NCBI GenBank assembly: GCA_965199495.1
Contig: CBDASK010000003.1
Coordinates: 3,520,001 to 3,584,000 of the forward strand
Direction: 5' to 3'
DNA length: 64,000 nt
DNA from: Abditibacterium sp.
GTDB taxonomy: Bacteria > Armatimonadota > Abditibacteriia > Abditibacteriales > Abditibacteriaceae
Position numbers and translations under genes: made by a program. Below, one piece after another: positions 29,301 to 38,574 of this stretch. Below the pieces are notes generated by a model, which did not search any database, had not been told where the DNA came from, and saw nothing but the letters and a program-made list of their open reading frames with translations. Each line of letters starts with the position of its first letter. Position 1 is the stretch's first letter.

Positions 29301-29986
29301 AAAGTTCGTCTGATATGGTCTTCTCGCCCGATAATAAATTTTTCGTCTGCGAGCGTTTCGGGAGCGATTCTTCCGTCGTCGAATTATGGAGTCTGGAAGG
29401 GCAGCCACGGCGCCTGACCTCTCTGGCTCAGAAAGAGAACCGCAACGCGCTGGCATTTTCGCCCGACAGCAAAATTCTGGCGTGTGGCGGCGAAAAAGGG
29501 CTGGTTCAGTTGTATGACGTGGCCACGCATCAGTTGCAAACTCAATTGAGAACCGCAGGGAAAGTTTTGGACATCGTGGGCACGCCCGAAAATTGGGTTG
29601 TCGTGGGCGCGGCACAGACGACGACATATCGGTTTTCTTCGGATTCTAAGCCCCAATTGCAACAGGTTTCGCAAGTCGCAATTCCGCTGCAATTGGAATT
29701 GCGACCGGGGCTAATCAACGGCGCCGCTTTCCAATGGGCGGTCTCCCCCGACGGACAACTGCTGGCAACCGCAGAGATGAGTGCGCATATCCGAATATTC
29801 GATTTGAAAACTGGATTTTTGCTGCAATCTCTGGACACCGATAATTATGGAACTCGCACTTTTCCACCTGACCAATGCACGGGATTGAAATTTTCTGCCG
29901 ATGGTTCGCAACTCACCAGTTTGGGAACATCTTTTAGCGAACGTTCGCTATCCGTCGTGACGTGGAGCCGCATTATTGCGTCTTGA
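26309..29986 (+). CDS. Second zinc-ribbon / Ser/Thr kinase / TM / WD40-like protein, paralogue of 21580-25134
   Basis: Same architecture and kinase motifs; long identical DNA stretches with the first kinase domain. Confidence 0.9.
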   Translation: MNCPLCHFANPADARRCRSCGATLRARINENGAPSSDALPAGTLLAGAYLVEDVLGQGGFGITYRCHDRMLDRRVAVKEFFPSRCRRLGAEVAPSRGLSDTDFREARAQFLAEARTLARCHHVGIVGVYAAFEANQTAYMVMELLHGKSLAQLITARGGRMIETEAVAIIERVGEALQFVHEQNLLHRDIKPDNIIACDDGRTMLIDFGTARATIQDQVQGQTVIVTPGYAPLEQYARQAKRGAFSDIYSLAATLYHLLTGQMPPAASDRAMGVQLRPVREFNPNVSASVAHATERALQMEIARRPQSVREFLDLLHAPFDEIANGISPALQSVIKRGDLLSREDAEVEALFSPPHKSSPAVALFSDSLQAGQTQLDNLLPNASEDANKPPINPHLTTLFSDALQENQQLLGNLLPPALAQPVQLAPPRAFPLSANPPKVSTAATPVAGSGAGGVNVKDAVDAYSSGKAFAWVVGVLLVVFGIIFLVTPRSNERFASSSTSGISSSRSSASFDDPMNSTQAAAEKAWDEMPVFLPVSTETLPSGTAANVPKSAATQQKYSPKNVAFSSDGKRLAYVDNQSVLRVWSATARRVVRSLALDKNRDVERILFASDNQTITLVQKPQNDQSSGFCWTEVWNIATGKRIGVLESGPKAYDLWAQGILNDGRMLLRTISGDKTTAKMMLWNPQTGEQTSSPLPFVDQLSSSVLSPDGNELVTGSGAGILQWFDVAAGNQKNRHSMEMTQSDYDDRFSDGRSTRNDRPDDPLWIRGLKFSSDGSWLAARNDAEINVFDSNANQIGSWTIRGRDTISFAVSPMGQRVAARGSLLYGPDANMLWDVNTNQKTRLEGAGYNLLGLGFSSDGKQLYGISSDGKQFHFSAWDVNAKTTASFANPQKTSFQPAGMHISPFAPIAQSGDLTAMPVQSSVEIRRQDGTLVNTLNIGNSSVATMDFSSDGQLLAISKFDGPIQIWNVNQGTLMGQLNAAKFARQGARNPFGAGKSSSDMVFSPDNKFFVCERFGSDSSVVELWSLEGQPRRLTSLAQKENRNALAFSPDSKILACGGEKGLVQLYDVATHQLQTQLRTAGKVLDIVGTPENWVVVGAAQTTTYRFSSDSKPQLQQVSQVAIPLQLELRPGLINGAAFQWAVSPDGQLLATAEMSAHIRIFDLKTGFLLQSLDTDNYGTRTFPPDQCTGLKFSADGSQLTSLGTSFSERSLSVVTWSRIIAS

Positions 29987-30020
29987 TTTTCTAATTCCGA
30001 CTTTTGTCGCGGCTTTAACA

Positions 30021-30095
30021 GCGGGGCTGACGCCCTCTTCCAATCAGTGGGCTTTGGACGAACGTCTACCGATTGGAAGAGGGCGTCAGCCCTGC
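30021..30095. repeat. REP-like doublet (TGGAAG-foot type)
   Basis: gcggggctgacgccctcttccaatc / gattggaagagggcgtcagccctgc. Confidence 0.8.
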
Positions 30096-30231
30096 AAATC
30101 GTTTGCTCGCTTCAAAAGTCGGATTGGATTGTCAAAGTGCAAAATTTTCATAAATACGCTAACAAAGGCACCAAGAAACCGTGCGATTTCTCATACGTTA
30201 GACTCTGTTGCTCCACAAAATGGAAAATAAC

Positions 30232-31662
30232 ATGTCGAACGCTCCGAAAACTCTGTTCCAGAAGATCTGGGATTCTCACGTCGTCCACGAAGAAAATGGC
30301 CGCGCGCTGCTCTACATTGACCTGCATTTGGTTCACGAAGTCACCTCGCCGCAAGCCTTCGAGGCTTTGCGCCTGACAAATCGCAAAGTGCGCCGTCCCG
30401 AATTGACTTTGGCCACGATGGATCACAACGTCCCAACGACCAATCGCAGCTTGCCGATTGTGGACGAAATCAGTGCCAAACAGATGCAGACGCTGACCGA
30501 TAATTGCCGCGAATTTGGCGTCACGCTCTACGATTTGAACGATATTCGTCAGGGCATCGTTCACGTCATCGGGCCGGAACAGGGACTCACGCAGCCCGGC
30601 ATGACGATTGTGTGCGGCGATTCGCATACCTCGACGCACGGCGCCTTTGGCGCCCTCGCGTTTGGCATCGGCACGTCGGAAGTTGAACACGTTTTGGCGA
30701 CGCAGACTTTGCCGCAGCAGAAGCCCAAAACGATGGAAATTCACATCGAAGGCGACGGCGCTTTGCCACCGGGCGTGACCAGCAAAGATATTATTCTGGC
30801 GATTATCGGCAAAATCGGCACGGCGGGCGCGACCGGCTATGTCGTCGAATATACCGGCGCGCCGATTCGCAATTTGTCAATGGAAGGCCGCATGACGATC
30901 TGCAACATGAGCATCGAAGCGGGGGCGCGCGCCGGTTTAATCGCGCCCGACGAGACGACGTTTGGTTATTTGCAGGGCCGCCATTTCGCGCCCAAAGGTA
31001 CCGATTGGGACGCCGCCGTCGAAAACTGGAAGACGCTCCAAACCGACGAAGGCGCGATTTACGACGAGCGCATCGTCTTGACGCAGGAGGAACTGGCGCC
31101 GATGGTTTCGTGGGGCACCAATCCCGGCCAAACCCTGCCGATCACGGCGAATGTGCCGTCGCCGTCGGATTTCGAGAACGAAACCGATGCCAAAACCTGC
31201 GCCAATTCGCTCGATTATATGGGCTTGACGGGCGGCGCGGCATTGGAAAATTTGGCGATTGATCGCGTGTTTATCGGCTCTTGCACCAACGGACGCATCG
31301 AAGATTTGCGTCTGGCGGCGCATTTGGCCGAAGGCAAACGCGTTTCGGGTAACGTCAACGCGATGGTCGTGCCCGGTTCGGGTTTGGTCAAACAACAGGC
31401 CGAAGCCGAAGGTTTGGACAAAGTTTTCGTTGATGCCGGATTTGAATGGCGCGAAGCCGGTTGCTCGATGTGTCTGGGCATGAATCCCGACATTTTGCAG
31501 CCCGGCCAACGTTGCGCTTCGACATCGAATCGAAATTTTGAAGGGCGTCAGGGCAAAGGCGGGCGCACTCATTTGGTTTCTGTTCCGATGGCCGTGGCTG
31601 CTGCTATCGAAGGTCGCTTGGTGGACGTGCGGCGTTGGGATAAAGAAAAATTCGGCAAATAG
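30232..31662 (+). CDS. leuC: 3-isopropylmalate dehydratase large subunit
   Basis: [54 protein letters not shown]. Confidence 0.97.
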   Translation: MSNAPKTLFQKIWDSHVVHEENGRALLYIDLHLVHEVTSPQAFEALRLTNRKVRRPELTLATMDHNVPTTNRSLPIVDEISAKQMQTLTDNCREFGVTLYDLNDIRQGIVHVIGPEQGLTQPGMTIVCGDSHTSTHGAFGALAFGIGTSEVEHVLATQTLPQQKPKTMEIHIEGDGALPPGVTSKDIILAIIGKIGTAGATGYVVEYTGAPIRNLSMEGRMTICNMSIEAGARAGLIAPDETTFGYLQGRHFAPKGTDWDAAVENWKTLQTDEGAIYDERIVLTQEELAPMVSWGTNPGQTLPITANVPSPSDFENETDAKTCANSLDYMGLTGGAALENLAIDRVFIGSCTNGRIEDLRLAAHLAEGKRVSGNVNAMVVPGSGLVKQQAEAEGLDKVFVDAGFEWREAGCSMCLGMNPDILQPGQRCASTSNRNFEGRQGKGGRTHLVSVPMAVAAAIEGRLVDVRRWDKEKFGK

Positions 31663-31672
31663 AACGTAAATT

Positions 31673-31783
31673 TTCACACAAAGAACACAAAGGGAACGAA
31701 GAGAAATAAACCAAAAGAAAAAGTGAAAACTCGTTCTTCTGATTTTAAAAGTCTCTTCGTTCCCTTTGTGTTCTTTGTGTGAA
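31673..31783. repeat. Fold-back element of 9-nt periodic CACAAAG repeats (32-bp perfect arms)
   Basis: ttcacacaaagaacacaaagggaacgaagaga mirrored at 31752-31783. Confidence 0.9.
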
Positions 31784-31843
31784 CCAAAAGGCGGAAACCG
31801 ATTTGCAGCTATTCGCGGCTCAACCTTTAAAAGGAGCTACTGA

Positions 31844-32959
31844 ATGGATAAAAAACAAATTGTCGAACTTCAAGCCCAACGCGGAAATCCCTCGATCTCG
31901 ATTACCCTGCCGGTTTATTACTCGTCGCCGACCGACTTGCAGCAGACCGAAATTCGGTTGAAGAACCAGCTCAAAGAAACCGAAGAGCGGTTGCTGAAAA
32001 CCAACGAAGCGCGCGAAATTTCGCCTTTGATGAATCGTCTGCACGCTCTGGCCGATAGCGTTGACGTGCATCGCCGCGCTGGTGGCATCGCGATTTTCGC
32101 CAATCCCAATTTTGGCCGCGTGATGTATCTGGCGACGCCTCTGGAAGAACGTATCGTGATTGACGATAACTTCGCCACGCGCGAAATCGTGCGCGCTTTG
32201 CTGACTTCGCCGCGTTATCGCGTTTTGAGTTTGACCGAGGAATCGGCGCAACTTTACGAAGGGCGCCGCGACCGTTTGCACGCTGTCAAAAACGAACATT
32301 TTCCGATGACGCGCGGCATCGAAGGCGTGCAAACCGAGTTGACCAGCACTTATGGCGTCGAAGTCAGCGAATTGCAAAAAGCCGAACAGCGCGATTTTGC
32401 CGAACGTGTCAAACACGCTTTGAAGGAAGTTTCCGATCACGATCCGCTTCCGTTGGCTCTGGTTGGCGTCGAGCGCACTTTGGCTTCGTTCGATGCAGCC
32501 ACGGCGGGCCAAGCCGACGAGAAATTTAATGTCATCGCGCGCATGCACGGCAATTACGAGAAAGTCGGTATCGCCGAACTCGAAAGCAAATTGTGGCCCC
32601 TCGTCGAACCGGCGCTGCACGGCGCCCGCGAACGCGCCAAAGAACGTTTGGAAGAAGCTGTCGGCGTGGACAAAGCCGCTTTTGGCCTCGCCAAAGTTTG
32701 GGAACACGCCAACACCGGGCGCATTGATACGCTTTTGGTCGAGCGCGATTATATGCAGAGCGCGCGCGTCATCGAAAGCGATATGCCCTTTGGCACGCTC
32801 GAAACCTGCGACGATTGCGACAGCAAAGAGCCGAACGTTTTGGCCGATGCCGTGGACGAGATCGTCGAAATCGTGATGCGCAATAGCGGCGATGTCGTTT
32901 TCGTGGACGCCAACGAACTGGAAGAACCCGGCCACATCGCCGCGATTTTGCGCTATTAG
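31844..32959 (+). CDS. Bacterial archaeo-eukaryotic release factor (baeRF, family 3-like) protein
   Basis: PSISITLP...IRLKNQL, GIAIFA, YRVLSL, GRIDTLLVE, C-terminal IAAILRY typical of aeRF1/Pelota-like proteins; SD aaggag. Confidence 0.8.
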   Translation: MDKKQIVELQAQRGNPSISITLPVYYSSPTDLQQTEIRLKNQLKETEERLLKTNEAREISPLMNRLHALADSVDVHRRAGGIAIFANPNFGRVMYLATPLEERIVIDDNFATREIVRALLTSPRYRVLSLTEESAQLYEGRRDRLHAVKNEHFPMTRGIEGVQTELTSTYGVEVSELQKAEQRDFAERVKHALKEVSDHDPLPLALVGVERTLASFDAATAGQADEKFNVIARMHGNYEKVGIAELESKLWPLVEPALHGARERAKERLEEAVGVDKAAFGLAKVWEHANTGRIDTLLVERDYMQSARVIESDMPFGTLETCDDCDSKEPNVLADAVDEIVEIVMRNSGDVVFVDANELEEPGHIAAILRY

Positions 32960-32979
32960 CTCACGTAACTCATGTAACA

Positions 32980-33038
32980 GGTTTTGCGCGGCAAGCCCCT
33001 AAATCACACAAAAATCGTAGGGGCTTGCCGCGCAAGCC
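32980..33038. repeat. Short GTAG-type REP doublet
   Basis: ttgcgcggcaagccccta / gtaggggcttgccgcgcaa. Confidence 0.7.
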
Positions 33039-33067
33039 TTTCACTTCACAAAATAGGAGAGTCATCC

Positions 33068-33277
33068 ATGTCAGAACAAAACACCGAACAAACGCCACTC
33101 GAACAAAAACAGGAACAGCAGGAAAAATCCAGCCCACTCGATCAAGTCCGCGAGCGTCAGGAGGCAAACCAACAGGCGTTGCAAGCCAAAGAAACCGAGG
33201 CGCAAAATCATCGCCCGCCACCCGAACATGACCCGGCGGGCAACCGCAAGGAAAACCCGCAACGACAACTGGGTTAA
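33068..33277 (+). CDS. Small hydrophilic Gln/Glu-rich hypothetical protein (69 aa)
   Basis: SD aggaga before ATG 33068; followed directly by terminator. Confidence 0.65.
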   Translation: MSEQNTEQTPLEQKQEQQEKSSPLDQVRERQEANQQALQAKETEAQNHRPPPEHDPAGNRKENPQRQLG

Positions 33278-33283
33278 ATCCAG

Positions 33284-33317
33284 AAAAGAGCCAACGAAAT
33301 CAATCGTTGGCTCTTTT
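33284..33317. terminator. Bidirectional Rho-independent terminator
   Basis: aaaagagccaacga...tcgttggctctttt between convergent genes. Confidence 0.8.
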
Positions 33318-33353
33318 GTTTTTGTCGTCGCGGAAAATTACGCCAGCCATTGT

Positions 33354-33424
33354 AGCGGGGCTTGCGCACCCTTCCAAATCATTGGTCTCGCGAAGAACGA
33401 TTGGAAGGCTGCGCAAGCCCCGCT
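33354..33424. repeat. REP-like doublet related to 30021-30095
   Basis: agcggggcttgcgcacccttccaa / ttggaaggctgcgcaagccccgct. Confidence 0.75.
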
Positions 33425-33440
33425 GTCAAACACTTTATCC

Positions 33441-36401
33441 TCATAACTCGTCGCGCACGCGCTCGAATATGCGTCGCACGTTGCTCGTATGTTGCAGCCA
33501 CGCCGCCTCGAAGCGGGTTTTGGCTTCGTCAATTGGCACGCCAGGGAACGTCGCGCGCGCCCAAATCGTGAAGTCGGGCGATTCGCGTTTGATGGCCGAG
33601 GCGCCGCCTTCGCGCGCGATTTGTAGTCGTAGTTCGGCGCGGCGCAGCCAAATATAAGCCAGTTCCAATTGCTCAAATTCTGCGGGCGAAATCAGTTCGG
33701 CCTCGCGTGCCGCTTCGAGTTGGCGCATCGTGCCCGGCGTTTGCAAACTCAAAAAACGCGCGCCCCAACGCATCGCCAGCCACTGCGCGCTCCACTCGAT
33801 GTCGCGCAACGCGCCTCGCCCCAATTTGACATCGAAACTCACGCCGCCGCGCGCGTTCAGGGGCGCGAAATCGCCGCCCAATTCGTGTTCGATGCGGCTT
33901 TTCATGTGGCGCAGATCGTCGCTCCACTGGGGATTCCATGCGTCGGGAAACGCGACGTTGCGAATGAGCGCCATCGCGCGCGCGCCGACGCGCACATCGC
34001 CCGCCACGATGCGCGCCCGCAGCAACGCCTGGCGCTCCCAAGTCGCGAAACCCGAGCGCTGCGGGTTCTCGAAATACTCGCGCATCGCATCGGGCGAACT
34101 GGCGAGCGGCCCGCTCGCGCCGTGTGGGCGCAAGCGCGCGTCCACTTCCCAGCCCGCGCCGTCCGACGTGCGCTGACCCATAAATCGCATGATGCCCTCG
34201 GCCCAGCGCGCCGCCGTGGCTGCATTGGCGCCATCGTTTTTGCCGCCGGGCGCCTGATACACAAACAGCGCGTCGCAGTCCGATGCGTAGTGCATTTCGA
34301 CGCCGCCCAGTTTGCCCATGCCCAGAACCGCGAACTCGATATTGTAGGAATCGGGCCGCAGCGTTTGTCCAATTTCGTCGGTCGCGAGTTCCAGACAAGC
34401 GCCCGCCAAAAAGGTAATTTCGTCGGTGATTTCGAGCGGCGAAATATCCAAAACTAAATCGCGAAGTCCGATGCGCAGAAACTCGCGCGCGCGCCAACGC
34501 CGCAAAGCTCCGGCGCGGTCGCGAAACGCCAGACAATACGAACGGCAATGGGCGCGCGCGCCGTCGCGACTGCGCGGGTTTTTTAAGAGTTCGCGATTGG
34601 CCGTCAAATCTAACAATTCGGGAAAGCGCACCAAGGTTTCGGCCAGAAATTGCGAGCCGCCCAAAATCGTCCAAATCGCATCGGACAAACGCGGCGTGCC
34701 GTCCAAAGCGCGCAATAGCGACAGCCGGTTGCCCGATGCCTCGCACAAATTCTCGAACGCAACCAGCGCTTTTTCGGGATTGGCCGCGCGATCCAGACCG
34801 CGCAAAGCGCCCGGCAAAACCGCGCGAATCTGACGCGACAACGGCGCCGGAAGCGGGTTGTTCGCGGTGCCGCCCGCCAATCGTTCGATGCGCGCTCTGG
34901 CGTTTTGGTCTTCCAAAACCAAGGGCGGCAAGCGCGCGTCCCAATCGGCGCTATCGGCGGAAAACGCCCAGAACAAACGTTCGCACAAGGCCCGGATTTC
35001 GGTTCGCACGCGCGTGTTTTCTTCGTCGAGCCAGCGCGCCGCACTCGCCCCGCGCCACGCGCAACCCAAGCGCCGCGCCAGCGCCGCTTTTTCGTCGGGC
35101 TTGTCGGGCAACTGGCGCACGGCCTGTTCTTTCCACAACTGCAAACGATGCTCGGCTACGCGCAGCCACAAATAACCCGCGCGCAACTGGCGCGCTTCTT
35201 CGGGCGCCAAAACGTTGATTGCGTCCAAAACTTCGATGGCGCCGAGGGTATCAGCCACGCGCGCCGGAGAATGCGTTGGGCCGACCATCATCTGCAATTG
35301 CTGCACGATCCATTCGGCGTCGCGAATGCCGCCCGGCCCGCTTTTCAAATCGCGTTCATCGCTGCCCGCGCGCGTCTTTTCGCTGCGCCGTTTCATTTCC
35401 CAGACTTCGCGCAAATGCGCGTCGTCGGCGCGGCGCGCCCACGCGACCGAACGCGTAAATTTGCGAAAACGCCGCGCTAACTTCCAATCGCCCGCAATCG
35501 CGCGCGTCTTAATCAGCGCTTGCCATTCCCACGCGGCGGCATAAGATTCATAATAGGAAAGCGCGTAACCCAACGGCGAAACCAGCGGGCCTTTGCTGCC
35601 TTCGGGCCGCAAGCGCAAATCGGCGCGCCACAATTGCCCGGACGCCGTGATTTGGCTTAGCGCACGCAACAACCGTTCGCCAATTTGCGCGGCATCTGGG
35701 CGATTTTCGCTGATGAAAATCAAGTCAATATCGCTCGAATAATTCAGTTCGCGCGCGCCGCCTTTGCCCATTAGCAGCACGCAAAATCCGGCGCAATTGT
35801 CGTCGCTCACCAAATTCAGAACGCGTTCGACGATGATTTGCGCCAAGTCGGAAATCTGGCGCACGACCAGATTAAAATCGGTTTCGTTGCGCCAAGTTTG
35901 GCGTTCCAAATCGAGCAGCCCGATGCGCAAAAACTGGCTTTTACGAAAGCGGCGCAGTTCGTCCAGATCGGCGCAATCGTTGGCCAAGGCGCGCAACTCG
36001 CCGCGACTCAACGAGTAGCCACCGGCAAAGACTTCGTCCAGATTATCGGCGCTGCCAATGACGGCATCGGCGAGGGCTTGCGACCAACTCAGCAGTTCCA
36101 TCAAGCGCGCGTGCGCCGCCGTATGCGTTTCCAAACGCGCGAAAAACGCGGCGCGCTTGGGCACGCGGTCGCACAAATTGGTGAGGTTGAGTAAGGCGCG
36201 TTCGGGATCGGCGGAGCGGCTCAAGTTTTCCAATAATTCATCGAAAATTGGCGCGAGCGCGCTTTGGTCGGCGTCGGTTTTCGCCAAGCTGCGCAACAAC
36301 CGTTCGGCGCGCGGCGCATCGGCAAAACCGAAGGCGTGGAGCGTGAAATGAAACGTGGCGGCGTCGAAATCGGTGGCGAAGAGTTGGGCGGCGAGGGACA
36401 C
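33441..36401 (-). CDS. glnE: Glutamine synthetase adenylyltransferase/deadenylase
   Basis: Two nucleotidyltransferase modules: MGKGGARELNYSSDIDL / DLRLRPEG and MGKLGGVEMHYASDCD / VDARLRPHG; start GTG 36401 or TTG 36407. Confidence 0.92.
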   Translation of the reverse strand: MSLAAQLFATDFDAATFHFTLHAFGFADAPRAERLLRSLAKTDADQSALAPIFDELLENLSRSADPERALLNLTNLCDRVPKRAAFFARLETHTAAHARLMELLSWSQALADAVIGSADNLDEVFAGGYSLSRGELRALANDCADLDELRRFRKSQFLRIGLLDLERQTWRNETDFNLVVRQISDLAQIIVERVLNLVSDDNCAGFCVLLMGKGGARELNYSSDIDLIFISENRPDAAQIGERLLRALSQITASGQLWRADLRLRPEGSKGPLVSPLGYALSYYESYAAAWEWQALIKTRAIAGDWKLARRFRKFTRSVAWARRADDAHLREVWEMKRRSEKTRAGSDERDLKSGPGGIRDAEWIVQQLQMMVGPTHSPARVADTLGAIEVLDAINVLAPEEARQLRAGYLWLRVAEHRLQLWKEQAVRQLPDKPDEKAALARRLGCAWRGASAARWLDEENTRVRTEIRALCERLFWAFSADSADWDARLPPLVLEDQNARARIERLAGGTANNPLPAPLSRQIRAVLPGALRGLDRAANPEKALVAFENLCEASGNRLSLLRALDGTPRLSDAIWTILGGSQFLAETLVRFPELLDLTANRELLKNPRSRDGARAHCRSYCLAFRDRAGALRRWRAREFLRIGLRDLVLDISPLEITDEITFLAGACLELATDEIGQTLRPDSYNIEFAVLGMGKLGGVEMHYASDCDALFVYQAPGGKNDGANAATAARWAEGIMRFMGQRTSDGAGWEVDARLRPHGASGPLASSPDAMREYFENPQRSGFATWERQALLRARIVAGDVRVGARAMALIRNVAFPDAWNPQWSDDLRHMKSRIEHELGGDFAPLNARGGVSFDVKLGRGALRDIEWSAQWLAMRWGARFLSLQTPGTMRQLEAAREAELISPAEFEQLELAYIWLRRAELRLQIAREGGASAIKRESPDFTIWARATFPGVPIDEAKTRFEAAWLQHTSNVRRIFERVRDEL

Positions 36402-36441
36402 GGACAAAGTTTAATCGCCTTCTGGCGTTTTCACGCGGCAT

Positions 36442-36894
36442 TTATTTGGGTTCGCTCGGTGGCATGAACGCGGCTTTATATTCTGGAGTTGCCAGTCCGA
36501 GCAAGGTCGCAACGCCGCCGCCGATACCCGCTGTAATCGAATAGCAGACCAGCAATCCAAACGCGAGCAAAAGTGGGCGCAGCGATTTTTTGCCGCGCGT
36601 TTTGAAGAGGTAAAACGGCACCGCTAACAGCGAAAATAAAACGAAGAAAAAAAACCAGCCCTGCGTCAGTTTAAAGCGATGCTGCGCGGCATCGAGCGTG
36701 ACCCAGCGCACGACGAAAATCGTGTTGCACAGCCCAAAGCCCAATTGATAGAGCGGATAGTAACTCGACTTGTCGGGGATCATCGCGCCAAATCAACCGG
36801 CGACGAAGAACATCGCCAGCAAAATCCATAACGTCTGGCGCTTTTCGATTTTGCGGTCGGGGGCCGTTTGAGGCGCGTGAGGTTCTTGATTCAT
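36442..36894 (-). pseudogene. Small membrane protein gene interrupted by an in-frame TGA
   Basis: ATG 36894 reads MNQEPHAPQTAPDRKIEKRQTLWILLAMFFVAG*FGAM, in frame with the 113-aa ORF; stop at 36793-36795 inside a hydrophobic helix. Confidence 0.65.
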
Positions 36895-37005
36895 TTTTCG
36901 ATTTTCGACTTGACGTTGAAGTTTAGTTTGACACGCGCTGGCGTCCCGTCAAATTTTGCGTTGCCTGAGACGCTCGTTCTCGTCTGCAAATATCGAAATT
37001 TCCCG

Positions 37006-37230
37006 ATGCTACGCCAACTTTTGCAGGCTTTGCGCTTGTCCATTGCCGATTTTTTCGATGTGCCGTGGCCCGCCGTGGCTGCAATGCTCGCCATGATCGT
37101 TTTGCTGTGCGCCTACGCTTACCTGCGCACGAATTATTTCGCGCTTTCGTATGGCGTGCCGGGCAAATTGTTATGGTTGGGCGTTTTTATCGCGCTGGGC
37201 GTTGCGGGCAATCATCTGAGACGCCGCTAA
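37006..37230 (+). CDS. Small two-TM hypothetical protein
   Basis: MLRQLLQALR...; two hydrophobic segments; ends 6 bp before iscS. Confidence 0.6.
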   Translation: MLRQLLQALRLSIADFFDVPWPAVAAMLAMIVLLCAYAYLRTNYFALSYGVPGKLLWLGVFIALGVAGNHLRRR

Positions 37231-37236
37231 AAACTA

Positions 37237-38379
37237 ATGAATCGCACGCAAATTTATTTCGATAACGCCGCCACGACGCCGCTTTTGCCTGCGGTCAAAG
37301 CCGCGATGGAACCGTTTTGGAACGAGACTTATGGCAACGCTTCCAGCCCCTACGCCACGTCGCGCGTGGCGCGCATGGCTTTGGACGGCGCGCGAACGCA
37401 GGTCGCCAAACTCATCGGCGCGCACGCCGACGAGATCGCGTGGACGGGCGGCGGCACCGAATCCGACAACTGGGCGCTACTCGGCGTGGCCTTCGCCAAT
37501 CTGGAAAAACGCGGGCATTTCATCGTCTCGCAAATCGAACATCACGCGGTTTTAGAACCCGCACAAACGCTGCGCGAATTGGGTTTTGAAGTGGATTTCG
37601 CGCGTCCCAATTCCAACGGCGTTGTCGAACCGGACGAAATCGCGCGTCTGCTGCGCCCCGACACGCTTTTAGTCAGCGTGATGAGTTTGAACAACGAAAC
37701 CGGCGTATTGCAGCCGGTCGCGCCCATCGCCAAATTGTGCCGCGCGCGCGGCGTGTTGTTTCACACCGACGCCACGCAAAGCGCGGGCAAAGAACCGCTC
37801 GATGTGGATTTCGCGCTCGAAAACGGAATGGATGGCGGCGCGGATTTGCTGACGTTATCGGCGCACAAAATCGGCGGGCCAAAAGGCGTCGGCGCGCTCT
37901 ACATCCGGCGCGGCACACGGATGAAACCGCTACTTCGCGGCGGTGCGCAAGAACGCGGACGGCGCGCGGGAACCGAAAATGTGCCCGGCATCGCGGGACT
38001 GGGCGCAGCAGCCACGGCGGCGCGCGAAGGTTTGGTGGCGAATTCTGCGCATTTGGAAAAATTGCGCGCGCGCTTTGAAAGTGACTTGCACGAAATCGGC
38101 GCGCAAATCATCGCCGAACGCGCGCCGCGCGGGCCGCATATCAGCGCGTTTATTATCGAAAATAAGCGCGCCGAATCGCTGGCGTTGACGCTCGATTTGC
38201 GCGGGATCGCGGTGGGAACTGGCAGCGCGTGCGCATCGGGCGCGCTCGAACCGTCGCACGTTCTGGGCGCGATGGGATTTGATGCGAAATCGGCGAAATC
38301 GGCGTTGCGGGTTTCGTTCGGCGCGCAAAATACGATGGCGGAAGTGGACGAAGTGTTGAGCGTTTTGAGCGAAAAATAG
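37237..38379 (+). CDS. iscS: Cysteine desulfurase IscS/NifS
   Basis: YFDNAATTP, GGTESDN, HTDATQ, SAHKIGGPKGVG (PLP Lys), GSACASG. Confidence 0.92.
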   Translation: MNRTQIYFDNAATTPLLPAVKAAMEPFWNETYGNASSPYATSRVARMALDGARTQVAKLIGAHADEIAWTGGGTESDNWALLGVAFANLEKRGHFIVSQIEHHAVLEPAQTLRELGFEVDFARPNSNGVVEPDEIARLLRPDTLLVSVMSLNNETGVLQPVAPIAKLCRARGVLFHTDATQSAGKEPLDVDFALENGMDGGADLLTLSAHKIGGPKGVGALYIRRGTRMKPLLRGGAQERGRRAGTENVPGIAGLGAAATAAREGLVANSAHLEKLRARFESDLHEIGAQIIAERAPRGPHISAFIIENKRAESLALTLDLRGIAVGTGSACASGALEPSHVLGAMGFDAKSAKSALRVSFGAQNTMAEVDEVLSVLSEK

Positions 38380-38521
38380 CCACAGAAGACACGGAGAACG
38401 CACAGAGGGGCACAGAGAAAACGAAGAAACTAAACACACGAAGGACAGTTCGAGCGAACGAGTTTTAATTTCTTCGTTTTCTCTGTGCCCCTCTGTGCGT
38501 TCTCCGTGTCTTCTGTGGCTA
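38377..38521. repeat. Fold-back element of 9-nt periodic CACAGAG repeats (53-bp perfect arms)
   Basis: 38377-38429 is the exact reverse complement of 38469-38521; begins at the iscS TAG stop. Confidence 0.92.
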
Positions 38522-38574
38522 AAAATCCCAAACTGCAACGTGTGCGATAGTTTTTCGTCTGTGTTCGGTTGAAA

